DNA of 64,000 bases from Flaccisagitta enflata. Taxonomy: Eukaryota. The notes beneath the pieces were generated by a model. The model had not been told where the DNA came from. It saw only the letters and a program-made list of their open reading frames with translations, and ran no database searches. Where the stretch lies: contig OZ231126.1 of the NCBI GenBank assembly GCA_965153355.1, positions 47,740,001 through 47,804,000 of the forward strand. Reading direction: 5' to 3'. Below, piece by piece: positions 48,379-60,476 of this stretch; the first letter of the stretch is position 1, and every line of letters begins with the position of its first letter. The position numbers and the translations under genes were made by a program.

Positions 48379-49782
48379 CGAGACCTAGAAAGCGATAGAC
48401 TCAAAGAGACAGAGCAAGAGAAAGAGCCGAGAAAGTACGGTGGCCAAAACGGGAGGGGGGGGGGGGAAAAAAAAAGAGGACCGAGAAAGGGAGGAAAGAA
48501 AGAGAAAAGAGAGATAGAGAAAAGAGAGAGTGAAGAAAGAAAGAGGAGAGAAAAGAATTACTCATCCAAGGAATGCACACGGTCAGTGGTAACCGCTGCC
48601 CGGTTCAAAAACTAAGGCAAGGTGTAGGACAAAAAAAAGACAGCGGCCACAAAGAAGTGGATGTTCTGTAGAACTTTCATAACTTTTCTTGTTTGCTCTA
48701 CTTTGTTGTCGCGCTACACTTCTCATGTGAATAAACATCATATATATCTGTCAAGGGGGTGGGTGTCAAGATGAAGTCGAGGAGGTGAGGACACAAAAAA
48801 TCGAAAGACGCAAACAAAGAGGCAGATTTGAGGACATGGCTTTCCCTAACATGTTTCTGAAACTGGAGCTAGAAACGTGACAAATAGATGATCTTTGCCC
48901 ATTTTCCTTCGACCCCCATAAGTTCAAAAGACCACCTCCCAACGCCTGTATAGAAAAAGATACATAACCCATCGTGTTGCGCCTGGGAGCACTTTATACC
49001 CCATTTTGCGATGACAAACATAACACGAGAACGTGTTCGTGTGCCCTAACGCGTAGGAACGAAACGCGGAAAAGAGGAGAGGCCAAGAAGAGGAGAGAAA
49101 AAAGACGAAGCTATGAGAGGAAGAGCAAAAAACACAAAGCGAAAGGATGAAGAAATCTTCACGTTCTGTGATAATTCACCACATTTCTGTCAACACCAGC
49201 AATGAATGGAAAATGTTTGGGGACAAAATCAACATTCGACACTATGGCTTGTAGGGGTAAGCATTATCTTTTTAAGTATCAACATCTCAAAGCTTTGTCA
49301 GCGAATTTGAAGCTTCTTAATTTTCTATCACTTGATAAGCGACTGTATAAGAGGGTGTGCACTTAGGTCCGTAGGATGGTAGGTTATGATGGACACAAAG
49401 GGGCAATTTTCATGATCAGGTCATATTCTAAAAAAATAGATTAATTATTAATTTTTTGATAAATACATTGTCTCAGTATATATTATTACTTTATTTGCAT
49501 TGAAAATCATCTACAGTATGAATCATTATTATTATTGTTTATACATATAGAGACAAAAAATCACTAGTCAGATTGATCGGGACACCAAAATGTTGTCGTG
49601 ACACAAATGGGAGGTGGCACTCCCAAAATCATAGACTCCCATACGGCGCTGAGTATGATTCATCTCGTTTGCAACATTTCATGATGGCATAACTCAAAAA
49701 GTAATGGAGATAATTCATTCCTGAAATTTTTTTAGAAGATAACTGTTTGGCATTTTCTCATGAATGAATCTTAAGGATTTTT

Positions 49783-50107
49783 CAGGCCTGTATATTCTTG
49801 AGTTTTCCCCCCCCCGGTGGGGGGGGGGAAAAAAATCAAAGGGTCTGGAGATAGGGAAGGAAATCAAAGGTAGAAAAAAGAGAAAAAAAGGAAATTTGAG
49901 GAAAATATAACTTTTTACAGTACCAAATCATAAAACTCAATTAGTAAAACGCAATTTAACACTATTCAAACCTTAACTACATAGTTTTATTGCTATATGG
50001 GGAAGAAAATCATGGATATAAAAACGCAACGCGACGCGTCGCGGGGAAGAAAATCAAAGGCAGGGGGGGGAAAAAAATCAAAAGCGACTCAAGAATATAC
50101 ACCCCTG
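49783..50107. mobile_element. hAT-like MITE, 325 bp
   Basis: CAGGCCTGTATATTCTTGAGT...ACTCAAGAATATACACCCCTG; perfect 8-bp TSD GGATTTTT. Confidence 0.85.
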
Positions 50108-50730
50108 GGATTTTTTCGGAAAAATCTGATTCCAGTGACATCAAAGGAGGGTGATTCCATCTCTAAACTGAAAACCCTCAAAAAAAAGATTTTGCTCATT
50201 TTTGGTGCAAAGGTACCCCTTGAGGAGTTATTCAAGAATCTCGAATATTTTTGCTCTCGGGTCAATATTTTGGGTTTTACGGGGGTTAGAAATTTTGGGG
50301 CCCCCGTTACCCTTAAAACTTCAAAAAACTATATCTCAGCCATTTTTTTAGTAAATGGACAAAATTGGTGTCAATCTTTAAGTTATAATACAAAGAATCA
50401 GATAAGAAAAAATTTGAACCAAAAAAAATCATTTGAGGGGGGTTTTTACCCCTAGGGGTAGTCATTTGGAGTACCCCGGCTACCAAGTACGTTGAAATTT
50501 CATAAAAAAAAGATGGCAAAACATTCTTCTGTGTTTGTGGATTCCTAATCAAGAATAAAAAATTTGGGATCTCCACTCCTTATTCCCCAAAAAAATAACA
50601 AAAATGGGTGTTTAGGCCAATTTTTGTTATTTTAGACGAATTTTGGCAATTTTTGTTAAAAATGTCAAAAATTAGCCCTACAAACCATTTTTGTTATTTT
50701 TTGGGGGATAAGGAGTTGAGATCCCAAATT

Positions 50731-50916
50731 TTTAGTTTAGTTTAGTTTAGTTATGTTTAGCCTTAGGAAGACTCTATGAGTCTCATTAAAAAGGCCATCG
50801 TAATCTCAAGAAAAAACTTTGAAACCCACGGCATGCACACCAAAAAATAAAAAAAGAAAAACAACAAAAAAAAAAAAATGCTCTTTGATAATATCGTAAT
50901 TGTTTCTTTAGTATAG

Positions 50917-50949
<33 letters not shown>

Positions 50950-53851
50950 ATTAAATATTGCAAAAGAGTTAAAGATTGTTGCGGGACAGTGGTAAAAACT
51001 AGTTATAAGGTAGTAAAAACTAAATATTGCGTGGTAGTTGATCAAAAGCATTCTTGAAGGTATTGAGTGAGCTTGATTGTCGCATTTCAGATGGGAGACT
51101 GTTCCATGTTTGGGGTCCTCTTACACAAAAGAAGTTTTTTCTAAGGTCTAGTCTTGCACGAGGAACTCTCACTGGCATGTATGATTGCTGTTGACGCGTG
51201 ATTTGTCTTTCAGGGTTGTCAGTTGTGAACATGGTGGTGAAGTCAATGTCCCAATTACCATGCAGATATTTAAACATTTCTATTGCATCTCCTCTAATTC
51301 GTCTCTCTTCTAGTGTTGTCAGTTGAAGCTGTTGTAGCCTCTCTGGATAAGAGCCATGTACATCACTTATGCGCCGGGTGGCTCTATGCTGAATAGATTC
51401 AAGTACATTTATATCTTTGGCAAGCCATGGGGACCATGCAGATACAGCATATTCCAGATTAGGTCGAACAAACACTTTGTATATTTGCAGCATGACGTCC
51501 CGAGTGTAGCATGAAAATGATCTATTTATTCTACCAAGAACTTGGTTTGCTTTTTTAGCTGCAATGGCACATTGCAAACCTGGTTTACATGAATCGTCAA
51601 TAAAAATACCAAGATCTCTTTGATCAGAAGTGGTGGAAATGATTTGACCGGCCATGCGGTATTTGAACTTTTGATTATGATATCCTAGATGGATGATGAA
51701 ACACTTACTAGCATTAAATTGCATACCCCATTTAATGCTCCATTCTTCCAGTCTGCTTATTATTGTTTGCATTTCTGCAGCAGTAGAATTGTCGTTTACA
51801 ATTTTTGCAATTTTTGTGTCATCTGCAAATTTTGACATAAACGCCTCAAAATCACCTAGACACAAATCAATGTCATTTATGAAGATGATGAACAGGATTG
51901 GGCCGAGTACAGAGCCTTGCACAACAGAACTAAGTACATCAATCCATTCAGATACTGTGCCATTCACTGAAACCCTTTGTTTTCGGTTATGCAGCCATGA
52001 ACTGATCCAAGCTATAACTTTGGGGTTTATTTTGTGACATTTCAATTTTTGTATCAGTCTCTGGTGTGGGACTTTGTCAAATGCTTTTGCAAAGTCTAAG
52101 TAAAGGATATCTACTGAATGACCAGAGTCTAGTTGTTTTGTGACATAATCTAAATAGGTCACCAAATTTGTGGTTGTGGACCTTTTGGGCATAAACCCAT
52201 GCTGGGATGGTTTTATCAGTTTATTGGAAATGAGATGCGATATAATGCTTTCTTTTAACATTCTCTCTAAGAGTTTGACTACAACACTTGTTAGTGATAT
52301 AGGTCGGTAATTTGCTGGATCACTTTTTGAGCCTTTTTTGAATATAGGTATGACGTGGGCTACTTTCCATTCCTCAGGTAGTTGAGCACTATCAAGTGAC
52401 TCTTTAAAGAGCAGATACAATGGGTAACTGATTTCTTCAGCCACCTCTATAAGGATTCTTTGGCTAATTCCATCAGGCCCTGGAGAACATGACTTTTTCA
52501 TATGTTGAAGCACCTCGACTATCCTCCGGCGAGTAATTATTGGTTCATCCATTTCAGTGCAAGTGAAATCTGGTGGTTGTTCAGGTAGTTGTGGATCTTC
52601 AGCTGTGAACATTCTAGAATAGTGGTTATTTAGAATATTTGCCGTTTCTCCATCATCGTTGCAAAAGTTGCCACTCTCATCTTTGACGGGGCCAACACTA
52701 ATTTTATTACCTTTTTTAGTGTTTAAGTATGCATAGAAGAGCTTAGGATTTGTTTTCGCATTTTTCGCTATGTTAACTTCATGTCTATGCTTGGCCTTTT
52801 TTACAGCTTTGTGAACCTTTTTTTCAAGAAGTTTGTAAACAAGAAAATCATTTTGATTTTTTGTTCCTCTGTACCTTTTCCAGGCCGCTCTTTTTTGCCT
52901 TATTAGTGTCAGTGTCTCTTGTTTTAGCCACGCTGGACGCTTCATTTGTTTCACTGATTTTTTTGGAACATATTTATGGCAAATTTCCGAGAACATGGCC
53001 TCAAATGTAGCCCAATTAGCTTCAATATTGTTAGTGAAATGGTCCCTCCAATGGATTGTGCTCAGCTCATACTTCATTTCCTGAAATTGTGCCTTTGCAA
53101 AATTCCAGACAGTGTGTTTTGGAATCTTGATAGTGCTATCCGCTTGGATTACTACCTCAAGTGCAGTATGGTCACTATTACCAAGTTTTCCCGCTTCCTT
53201 GAGACTCTGGATCAAATTGGGAACATTTGAGAGAACAAGGTCTAAAATATTTCCTGCTTGGTGTGTAGGAAATGTAACATGCTGATTAAGATGTTTTTCT
53301 GAGAGCACATCCAAAAACTCCTGAGTGTGTAGGGTGCCAGTAAGCAGTTCCCAATTGATATCAGGATAGTTAAAATCTCCAACAATGATTGAATTGTCCT
53401 TCACTGAGTTGATGAAGTTGTTTATTTTTGAATTATTTTCAAGTGATGAGTTTGGTGATCTATACACTATGTACATATGTAAGTCTTCCTTGTCCAGTTT
53501 GATTCCAAGGGAAATGGCTTGAATAATATCGAGAGGGGTTGGTATTTCATAGCAGTTTAATTCTTTCTTTGTGTAAACAATTATACCCCCTCCTCTACCA
53601 TCCGTAGTGTCTTGTCTGTCTCTTCGTATAAGTAGGTTGTATCCATCGATTATCAAAACCGAGTTTTCTATGCTATCATTTGTCCATGTTTCTGTGATTG
53701 CCACAACATCATAATTTGTTTCTACTAAAATTGCTTTTAATTCACTGATTTTCCCAGCAAGACTACGAGCATTGGCATAGAAGAGTTTCAGTTCTTTCTT
53801 TTTCTCACTTTCTTCACCCGGTAGTCTCCTGGGCGTCCCACGATTATGTGA
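50731..53851 (-). mobile_element. 5'-truncated CR1/L2-group LINE
   Basis: APE-RT ORF2, a 3' UTR with the stem-loop gagactcatagagtctt, and a (CTAAA)n tail at 50731-50760; no ORF1. Confidence 0.92.
51020..53851 (-). CDS. LINE ORF2: apurinic endonuclease plus reverse transcriptase (about 940 aa open frame, start lost)
   Basis: Endonuclease motifs LFYANARS, ITETW, GGG, VYRSP, GDFN, LDL and SDH; RT motifs YRPISLTS, QHGF, DFAKAFDKVPH, QGSVLGP and FADD; C-terminal RPNLEY..WSP and WNSLP. Confidence 0.95.
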   Translation of the reverse strand, partial: SHNRGTPRRLPGEESEKKKELKLFYANARSLAGKISELKAILVETNYDVVAITETWTNDSIENSVLIIDGYNLLIRRDRQDTTDGRGGGIIVYTKKELNCYEIPTPLDIIQAISLGIKLDKEDLHMYIVYRSPNSSLENNSKINNFINSVKDNSIIVGDFNYPDINWELLTGTLHTQEFLDVLSEKHLNQHVTFPTHQAGNILDLVLSNVPNLIQSLKEAGKLGNSDHTALEVVIQADSTIKIPKHTVWNFAKAQFQEMKYELSTIHWRDHFTNNIEANWATFEAMFSEICHKYVPKKSVKQMKRPAWLKQETLTLIRQKRAAWKRYRGTKNQNDFLVYKLLEKKVHKAVKKAKHRHEVNIAKNAKTNPKLFYAYLNTKKGNKISVGPVKDESGNFCNDDGETANILNNHYSRMFTAEDPQLPEQPPDFTCTEMDEPIITRRRIVEVLQHMKKSCSPGPDGISQRILIEVAEEISYPLYLLFKESLDSAQLPEEWKVAHVIPIFKKGSKSDPANYRPISLTSVVVKLLERMLKESIISHLISNKLIKPSQHGFMPKRSTTTNLVTYLDYVTKQLDSGHSVDILYLDFAKAFDKVPHQRLIQKLKCHKINPKVIAWISSWLHNRKQRVSVNGTVSEWIDVLSSVVQGSVLGPILFIIFINDIDLCLGDFEAFMSKFADDTKIAKIVNDNSTAAEMQTIISRLEEWSIKWGMQFNASKCFIIHLGYHNQKFKYRMAGQIISTTSDQRDLGIFIDDSCKPGLQCAIAAKKANQVLGRINRSFSCYTRDVMLQIYKVFVRPNLEYAVSAWSPWLAKDINVLESIQHRATRRISDVHGSYPERLQQLQLTTLEERRIRGDAIEMFKYLHGNWDIDFTTMFTTDNPERQITRQQQSYMPVRVPRARLDLRKNFFCVRGPQTWNSLPSEMRQSSSLNTFKNAFDQLPRNI

Positions 53852-54463
53852 ACGCGACTCTACACCCCGCTTTGTCAGTCCGCCGGTCCATCCATCCGGT
53901 CTCCATCATAACTTTTTTGTCATTCACGCTGTGACTCACTTTGTCCGTCCGTCCGTCGGTCCGTGTCCGTCACACACTTTTTTTTGGTTTTGGGTTTTTG
54001 GCTTCACTGCTCCTGCCCAAATGATCTGGGGACCTCAATTAGGGCCCCTGCCCACCCGCACGCGACTGGGGTAGCCGTGTATCCGGCCTTGTTGGCGTTT
54101 ATGGGGTTTTTGGCTATACCGCTCCTGCCCAAATGCTCCACTGACCTCAAATATGGCCCCTGCCCACCCGCACACAACTGGGGTAGCCATGTATCCGGCC
54201 TTGTTTATTCTTGATTATGAATCCACAAACACAGAAGAATGTTTTGCCATCTTTTATCTCTGAAATTTCAATGTACTAGATACCCCGGGGTACCCCAATT
54301 GACTACCCCTAGGGGTATAAACCCCCAAAATGATTTTTTTTGTTCAAATTTTTTTCTGATCTGATTCTTTAAGTTAAAATTTAAAGATTGACACCAGAAT
54401 TGTCCATTTACTACAAAAAATGGCTGAGATATGGCTTTTTAAAGTTTTGGGGGTACCCGGGGC

Positions 54464-55587
54464 GGGGCGTCCTCTGAATCACGAAATTCGTGCTTAAGTT
54501 AAAATTATTTCCACTGAAGTACACCCTAGTGCTTCAGTGGAATGAGAAATAATTGGTGCTTTTTACAATTCGAGCTTCAGTGGAATGGATTTTTGTCACA
54601 GGAAAAAAAGAATTATAGTAATCTTATTTTTATCTCAAGAAATCAACTGTATTCTTTTCACCTCCCTCTATATCTCTTTAATATCAGAAAAAACATAATT
54701 CAACATTTACTTAGTTTTCATCCCTTGAAAAAAATTGCAGGTAAGAAAACTTTTTTCCTTTAAATACACAAAAATTTATTTGATAGGAAATATAATTTAC
54801 AATGAAAACAAGATTTATAGAAAAATAAATTGTAAGAAAACTTTTTTCCTTCAGAGACGCATAAGTTGAAATCATAGGAAAAAATATTTACAATAAAAAC
54901 AAGATTCATAAGAAAAAAATGGAAACATTCAAGAATGACAGTTAAGAAAAGAAAAACAAGCCCAAGAGGGCAACAGTCGCGTACGTCTGGAAATGACAAA
55001 CAAAAGAGCAAAAACATGTCATAATGTTAAAAAATGTTAAAAAATGTTAAAAAATGTTAAAAAATGTTAAAAAATGTTAAAAAATGTTGAGAAATGTTAA
55101 AAAATGTTAAAAGATGTTAAAAAATACTAAAAAATGTTAAAAAATATTAAAAAAAGTAAAAGGGTAAAAAATGTTAAAGAATGTTAAAAAGTGTTAAAGA
55201 ATGTTAAAAAGTGTTAAAAAATGTTAAAAGTTGTTAAAAAATGTTAAGAAATGTTAAAAAATGTTAATAAATGTTAAAAACGTTCAAAATTTAAAATGCG
55301 ACAAACAGACGGATGGACAGACAGACGGACGTAAAGACTGACGGACCGACAGAGCAAGGTGTAGTCGCGTGCACGCGACTAAAAACCTCGTTTTATTTGA
55401 AAGAAATCAAATAATTTTTCTATCACATTTATTTGCACTCGATCATTGCAGTTTGAAAAGAGGTCAAGAGTCAATCCACTTGAGCACGAATTCCAATTCC
55501 ACTAAAGCATGAAGTAGTGCTTCAGTGGAAGGGGCCTTGACTGGCCTTTTTTCCAGATCAGAGTTCGTGATTCAGTGAATAGGCCCC
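54464..55587. mobile_element. TIR element with repeated GCTTCAGTGGAA motifs; contains a HINE with an (AAAAAATGTT)-type array
   Basis: GGGGCGTCCTCTGAATCACGAA...TTCGTGATTCAGTGAATAGGCCCC; apparent duplication CGGGGC on both flanks. Confidence 0.6.
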
Positions 55588-55953
55588 CGGGGCCCCCAAA
55601 ATTTCAAACCCCCGTAAAACCCAAAATATTGGCCCGAGAGCAAAAATATTCGGGTTCCTTGAATAACTCCCCAAAGGATACTTTTGCACAAAAAATGAGC
55701 AAAATCTATTTTTAGGTGCGACAAAGCACCTCTATAAGTGGCCATGTCCGTTGGTCGGTCGGTTGGTCGGTCGGTTGGTTGGGTAACGCATTCGTTCGAC
55801 GATCCACACGTCGCACCTTATTGGCCTACTTGGCCTTGTTTAAGGGTTTTCAATTTGTACATTTTGAGATGGAATTACCCTAGTGTGAACGACTAACAGA
55901 CAGATCCGCCAGCCGATAGATGGCAAACCAAGCGACATGGGGGGTTTATAGTA

Positions 55954-56137
55954 CAGTTGAACCCCATTCTAACGGATTTCAAAGGACTAATAAATCTAAT
56001 TTATTATAGGTTGAATTTTGTTTAAGCGAATAAAAGCCTAAATAGGAAATAAAAAGAAAAGACTATGGAGTATGGATTAGTATACATTATATAGGGAATT
56101 TCGTTAGTGGCGGGTCCATTAGAGCGGTGTTCAACTA
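55954..56137. mobile_element. Tigger/pogo-like MITE
   Basis: TA|CAGTTGAACCCCATTCTAACGGA...TCCATTAGAGCGGTGTTCAACTA. Confidence 0.55.
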
Positions 56138-57043
56138 TTGTTTTGCAGCACGCGACTAAAAGCGAACTAAAATGTTTTGCTCTTACTGGCTAGGGGAGAA
56201 ACTTATAATTATAGAAGATCAGCTAACATTATTCAATAATTATCAACCGCAGCTTTCAACAAATCCGATTGGTGCTAAAAAGACGACAGAATATGGAGCA
56301 TCAAGCAACTGTAATATCCAACTATACTTTGATGGTGACATCAGAGAGGAATAATGCAAAAGACGGTTCTGTCAAAACTACTCAGATGCACCAGGAGAAG
56401 AGAAACATGGTCAGGATACGCCGCGGGGATCATCGCGGTTACACAGGTTAGTGATCTTCTTTGAAAACTGAGTAGTGTTACATTGTTTGTCAGTCTCAAT
56501 TTACATCATCAATCTGTAGCAAACACTAAACTAGCGATATTTTTACAGAACATACAAAGCGAAAGTTGTAGCAAATTTTACTGTGGGAAAGGAATACATC
56601 TTCTGTTAAAAATTATTAATACATCAGCGGGGATACATTGAAATTGAGTTTCTCCCATAAATGCTTGCACCCACTAACTAGGGTCTAGTCTACCACCTTG
56701 GAAATAAGTATACCGACACCTTCAACTTTGGATATCTCCGCTTTTAGAATAACTAAAACTTAAAAAAAAAAAAACAATTAAACTTTGGCAAATTATCTTT
56801 AAAATGAATGCAATCTGGTTTTTGTAGCTTTAACCGTTTAGAAATGGCAAACAAAAGAACGAAAACATTCACTTTCAAAAATGCAGAAAAGATCAAGCAT
56901 GCAAAAGTTGATTCTTTAATGAGTTTTAACAGAGGATATTTTTCCTTTTAGAAAAGCTAGACACTTTTGTAAAAAAAGGCAAATTAAACTCCATCAAAAA
57001 AGCTTAAAAACAACAGTCCTCGACTGTAGTCTATATGGTGTCC

Positions 57044-57906
57044 GACCCGGCTACTCAGTCTGACCCGGCTACTCAGTCTGACCCGGCTACTCAGTCTGAC
57101 CCGGCTACTCAGTCTGACCCGGCTACTCAGTCTGACCCGGCTACTCAGTCTGACCCGGCTACTCAGTCTGACCCGGCTACTCAGTCTGACCCGGCTACTC
57201 AGTCTGACCCGGCTACTCAGTCTGACCCGGCTACTCAGTCTGACCCGGCTACTCAGTCTGACCCGGCTACTCAGTCTGACCCGGCTACTCAGTCTGACCC
57301 GGCCACTCAGTCTCACTGCACTCAGTCTCACCTGCTACTCAGTCTCACCCGGCTACTCAGTCTCACCTGGCTACTCAGTCTCACCCGGCTACTCAGTCTC
57401 ACCCGGCTACTCAGTCTCACCCGGCTACTCAGTCTCACCCGGCTACTCAGTCTCACCCGGCTACTCAGTCTCACCCGGCTACTCACTCCCAACTGGCCTG
57501 ACCCGGCTACTCAGTCTCACCCGGCTACTCAGTCTGACCCGCTACTCAGTCTGACCCGGCTACTCAGTCTGACCCGGCTACTCAGTCTGACCCGGCTACT
57601 CAGTCTGACCCGGCTACTCAGTCTGACCCGGCTACTCAGTCTGACCCAGCTACTCAGTCTGACCCAGCTACTCAGTCTGACCCAGCTACTCTGTCTGACC
57701 CAGCTACTCTGTCTGACCCAGCTACTCTGTCTGACCCAGCCACTCAGTCTGACCCAGCCACTCAGTCTGACCCAGCCACTCAGTCTGACCCAGCCACTCA
57801 GTCTGACCCAGCCACTCAGTCTGACCCGGCTACTCAGTCTGATCCGGCTACTCAGTCTGACCCGGCTACTCAGTCTGACCTGGCTACTCAGTCTGACCCG
57901 GCTACT
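57044..57906. repeat. 18-bp minisatellite (GACCCGGCTACTCAGTCT)n
   Basis: About 47 highly similar tandem units arranged in variant blocks. Confidence 0.96.
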
Positions 57907-57987
57907 TATTGCATACTGTATATATATTAACTTGATCTTACTTAGTTTAATAGGTTCTAGTATAGCTAAAATTTAGTTCAACCTAGT

Positions 57988-58545
57988 TGTCATAGGGCAG
58001 CAATAATAAGATGTTTTTAAATGCTACAATATGAATTTATTGAATTAAGAAGTTAAGTATATTTAGCATATGATGAATCTTGGTTGTGGTAATAAGTAGT
58101 TTTGAGTTGCTACTAAAGACTAAGACAGAATTTAATTCTGAAGTCTGTCCTAAGGAGAATGGAAGATATAAGAAAAGACAACCTTACTATTTAGACTTTA
58201 TCTAGTCTTAGCCAAGATGAATATCTGCTGGCTATAAAGACTGATGGTCTCACAACTTAGTCTATATGAAAACTCAAGACTTGTGATACACCTTAGTCTC
58301 TTTCCTCGAAAGCTCAAGATGAAATTTCTTCCGTCTAGTAGAGCTCAAATCCAGGAAGGATCACTTCTTAGCTATTGGGGGGGTTTTTATACTACGTAGC
58401 CTTCCACGAGACCGTTGCGTGAAATTTCTCGAAGAGTCACGCAACCGATTTTGGGTTTCCCCAAAATCTAAAAATAGCAACATAGGAATGTTGGTCTAAG
58501 GAGGGTAGAGAGTGGAAGGAGAGAGGGGTTCCAGATTATTTAACA
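57988..58545 (-). repeat. Candidate 3' LTR (558 bp)
   Basis: Minus strand: purine tract GAGGGGAAA(TT) at 58546-58556, then TGTTAA..., TATAAAA (58385-58391), AATAAA (58036-58041) and ...TGACA at the end. The partner LTR is not in the window. Confidence 0.5.
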
Positions 58546-59191
58546 AATTTCCCCTCATGATCTTAATATTGATCGTTCCTGATCATGATTACCTAGATTC
58601 ATCACTAGCATGCAATTACAAATGATCATAGTGCTTACAATAATTGGTTAGTCATACCATCACATTTGTTTCTTTTCTTCCAACAAAAGTGATCAAGATT
58701 AGTACACTAATAATTTGTTATCCAAAACAACAAACAAGCTGTGGATCAACAAATTTGTGATAAGAATTCATCATTGAAGACAGCAACGCTATAAGGCAAT
58801 ATTTTTATTGGTCTTTAGCTTATATGATTTTTTATTCTATTTTCAACAACATATTGCTATATTTTTATTTATTTTATTTATTTTTTTTTTTCTTTTTCAC
58901 TTTATGCTATTGTACATAACTGAGCATTTTGTCAGTATGTTATGCTTTCACACGACTGAGCACATCGTCATAACATATTGACACTAAAAACAATGAGCAA
59001 CGAATCAAATGCATCAATTTTTAAGCGCAATTAACAATTGAAGCGCGTAATGTAACAAGTCACACATTTAAATCTGGAATCTTCTATTGGTTTCTGGCTT
59101 TAAATTCAGTCTCTATTCAATATTTTACTTACGGTTGCAAACTCGAACTTAAAAATGTTTAAGAAAGTCTACAATATTTCCGGGAAAAATA

Positions 59192-59270
59192 TTGGTCAGT
59201 GGTGGGATTCGAACCTATGCCTCCGGAGAGACTAGTGTCAGTGCCTATCAGTGCCACTCGGTTTAATCAC
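59192..59270 (-). pseudogene. tRNA-Leu-derived pseudogene
   Basis: Minus strand CACTAGTCTCTCCGGAGGCATAGGTTCGAATCCCACCACTGACCA then ATATTTTT matches the variable arm, T-arm and acceptor half of metazoan tRNA-Leu. The 5' half keeps CCGAGTGG but the anticodon arm is scrambled. Confidence 0.75.
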
Positions 59271-59357
59271 TATTGAAAAAATTTTCAATCGCGTCTCATG
59301 CAAACATAAACAACTCGTTGCTAAGCGATTTGGAACAACTAAGTTTTCACCTGTACC

Positions 59358-60476
59358 ATGACGGTGTTCAAACTTAGATTTCGTTCGCGGAAGCAGAAAA
59401 AATTTCTGCTGAGAGAAAAATCTACTTTAGCTCCGGTCACAACATCTAGTCATTCAAACTTGAACTTCACGACAAGGCCAGATGTAAATGTTACCTCCAC
59501 ATCTCCACGGCCTGATACGAGTTCATCATTGTATAAAGTTACATCTACTCCTACGCCATTGATGGTATCATTGATTTTGTCTCTGGTTGTAAATTCTACT
59601 GTTCCGCCGAGCACAACGACTGGACTTCAGAATTTGACATATGCAACGCAAAAGCGTCCTAAGGTTTCATTTGGGTGTATTGATTCATTTCAAATTCGAT
59701 TTCTTTCCAAGCTTTGCTTGTTTTGGTATGTTTTTGTTTTGTTTTTTGTTTTTGTTTTTTTTTTTTTTTTTTATTGTTTTCTGATTACCGTTTTCGTCTT
59801 CAGATATACCCTGTGGCAGAAACTACGGAGCTACCTCCGAATATTTCCACGACTACTGGACATCAGAATGAAACGGCCTCAAAAATGATGTTTGTTGCTT
59901 CTGTTAAGCATTCAAATTTACAAGCTGATGTCAACTCCATTTGCATGTAAATATTCGTGAAATGAGATCTATTTCCCATGAGAAGAAACCAAATACCTAT
60001 ATTATATGTTTTTTCCTTCTTTTCTTTTTAGTGTCGTGGTATATCTGGTATTGGTGTCCTTTGGTTTTCGCACGTGTAAAGGACGAGCAAAATCATCATT
60101 TATGGCTCATAGGACAAAAGATAAAAGTAATACGATACCCAATCAAATGACGTGCCTTTTATACATATATATATATATATTCTTTATTATTTGAGTCTAA
60201 AGAACCTTCTTTCGGAATTCAGGTTCAGACTGTGAAAATGCTGACGACATTGGAGATCTAAATGCTGTTTCGGATCCAGTGCCGGTTGACACTAGTGATT
60301 ACAGTGGCCTAAATGCTGAGACTGACGTTATTTTAGAAGGAATTGAATCGATAAGACTGGAGGAATTTAAGCTTCCGGAGGAAGCACCCCCTAAACGTCA
60401 CGACTTTAGTCTACCTCCTCCCCCCATACCACTCGACCTAAACATTTTTTCCATGAGCGCGTCATATAAAAAATGA
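59358..60476 (+). CDS. Predicted 4-exon gene (59358-59663, 59804-59946, 60032-60126, 60223-60476), 265 aa, mucin-like single-pass membrane protein, antisense to pol
   Basis: Three GT-AG introns (140, 85 and 96 nt) with pyrimidine-rich acceptors join four separate ORFs in frame (phases 0, 2, 1). Product has an S/T/P-rich region, hydrophobic SICIVVVYLVLVSFGF followed by RTCKGRAK, and an acidic Pro-rich tail. The start codon is uncertain. Confidence 0.55.

Larger units (their letters stand above)
50149..55880. mobile_element. Long-TIR palindromic DNA element (about 1 kb empty) split by HINE, LINE and MITE insertions
   Basis: 50149-50640 is the reverse complement of 50680-50730 + 54205-54463 + 55588-55710 + 55840-55880; ends GGGTGATTCCATCTC / GAGATGGAATTACCC. 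Confidence 0.75.

Noticed and set aside
57035-57976. 313-aa SDPATQ/LLSLTR repeat ORF
   Set aside because: By-product of an 18-bp minisatellite; the frame switches within the array.
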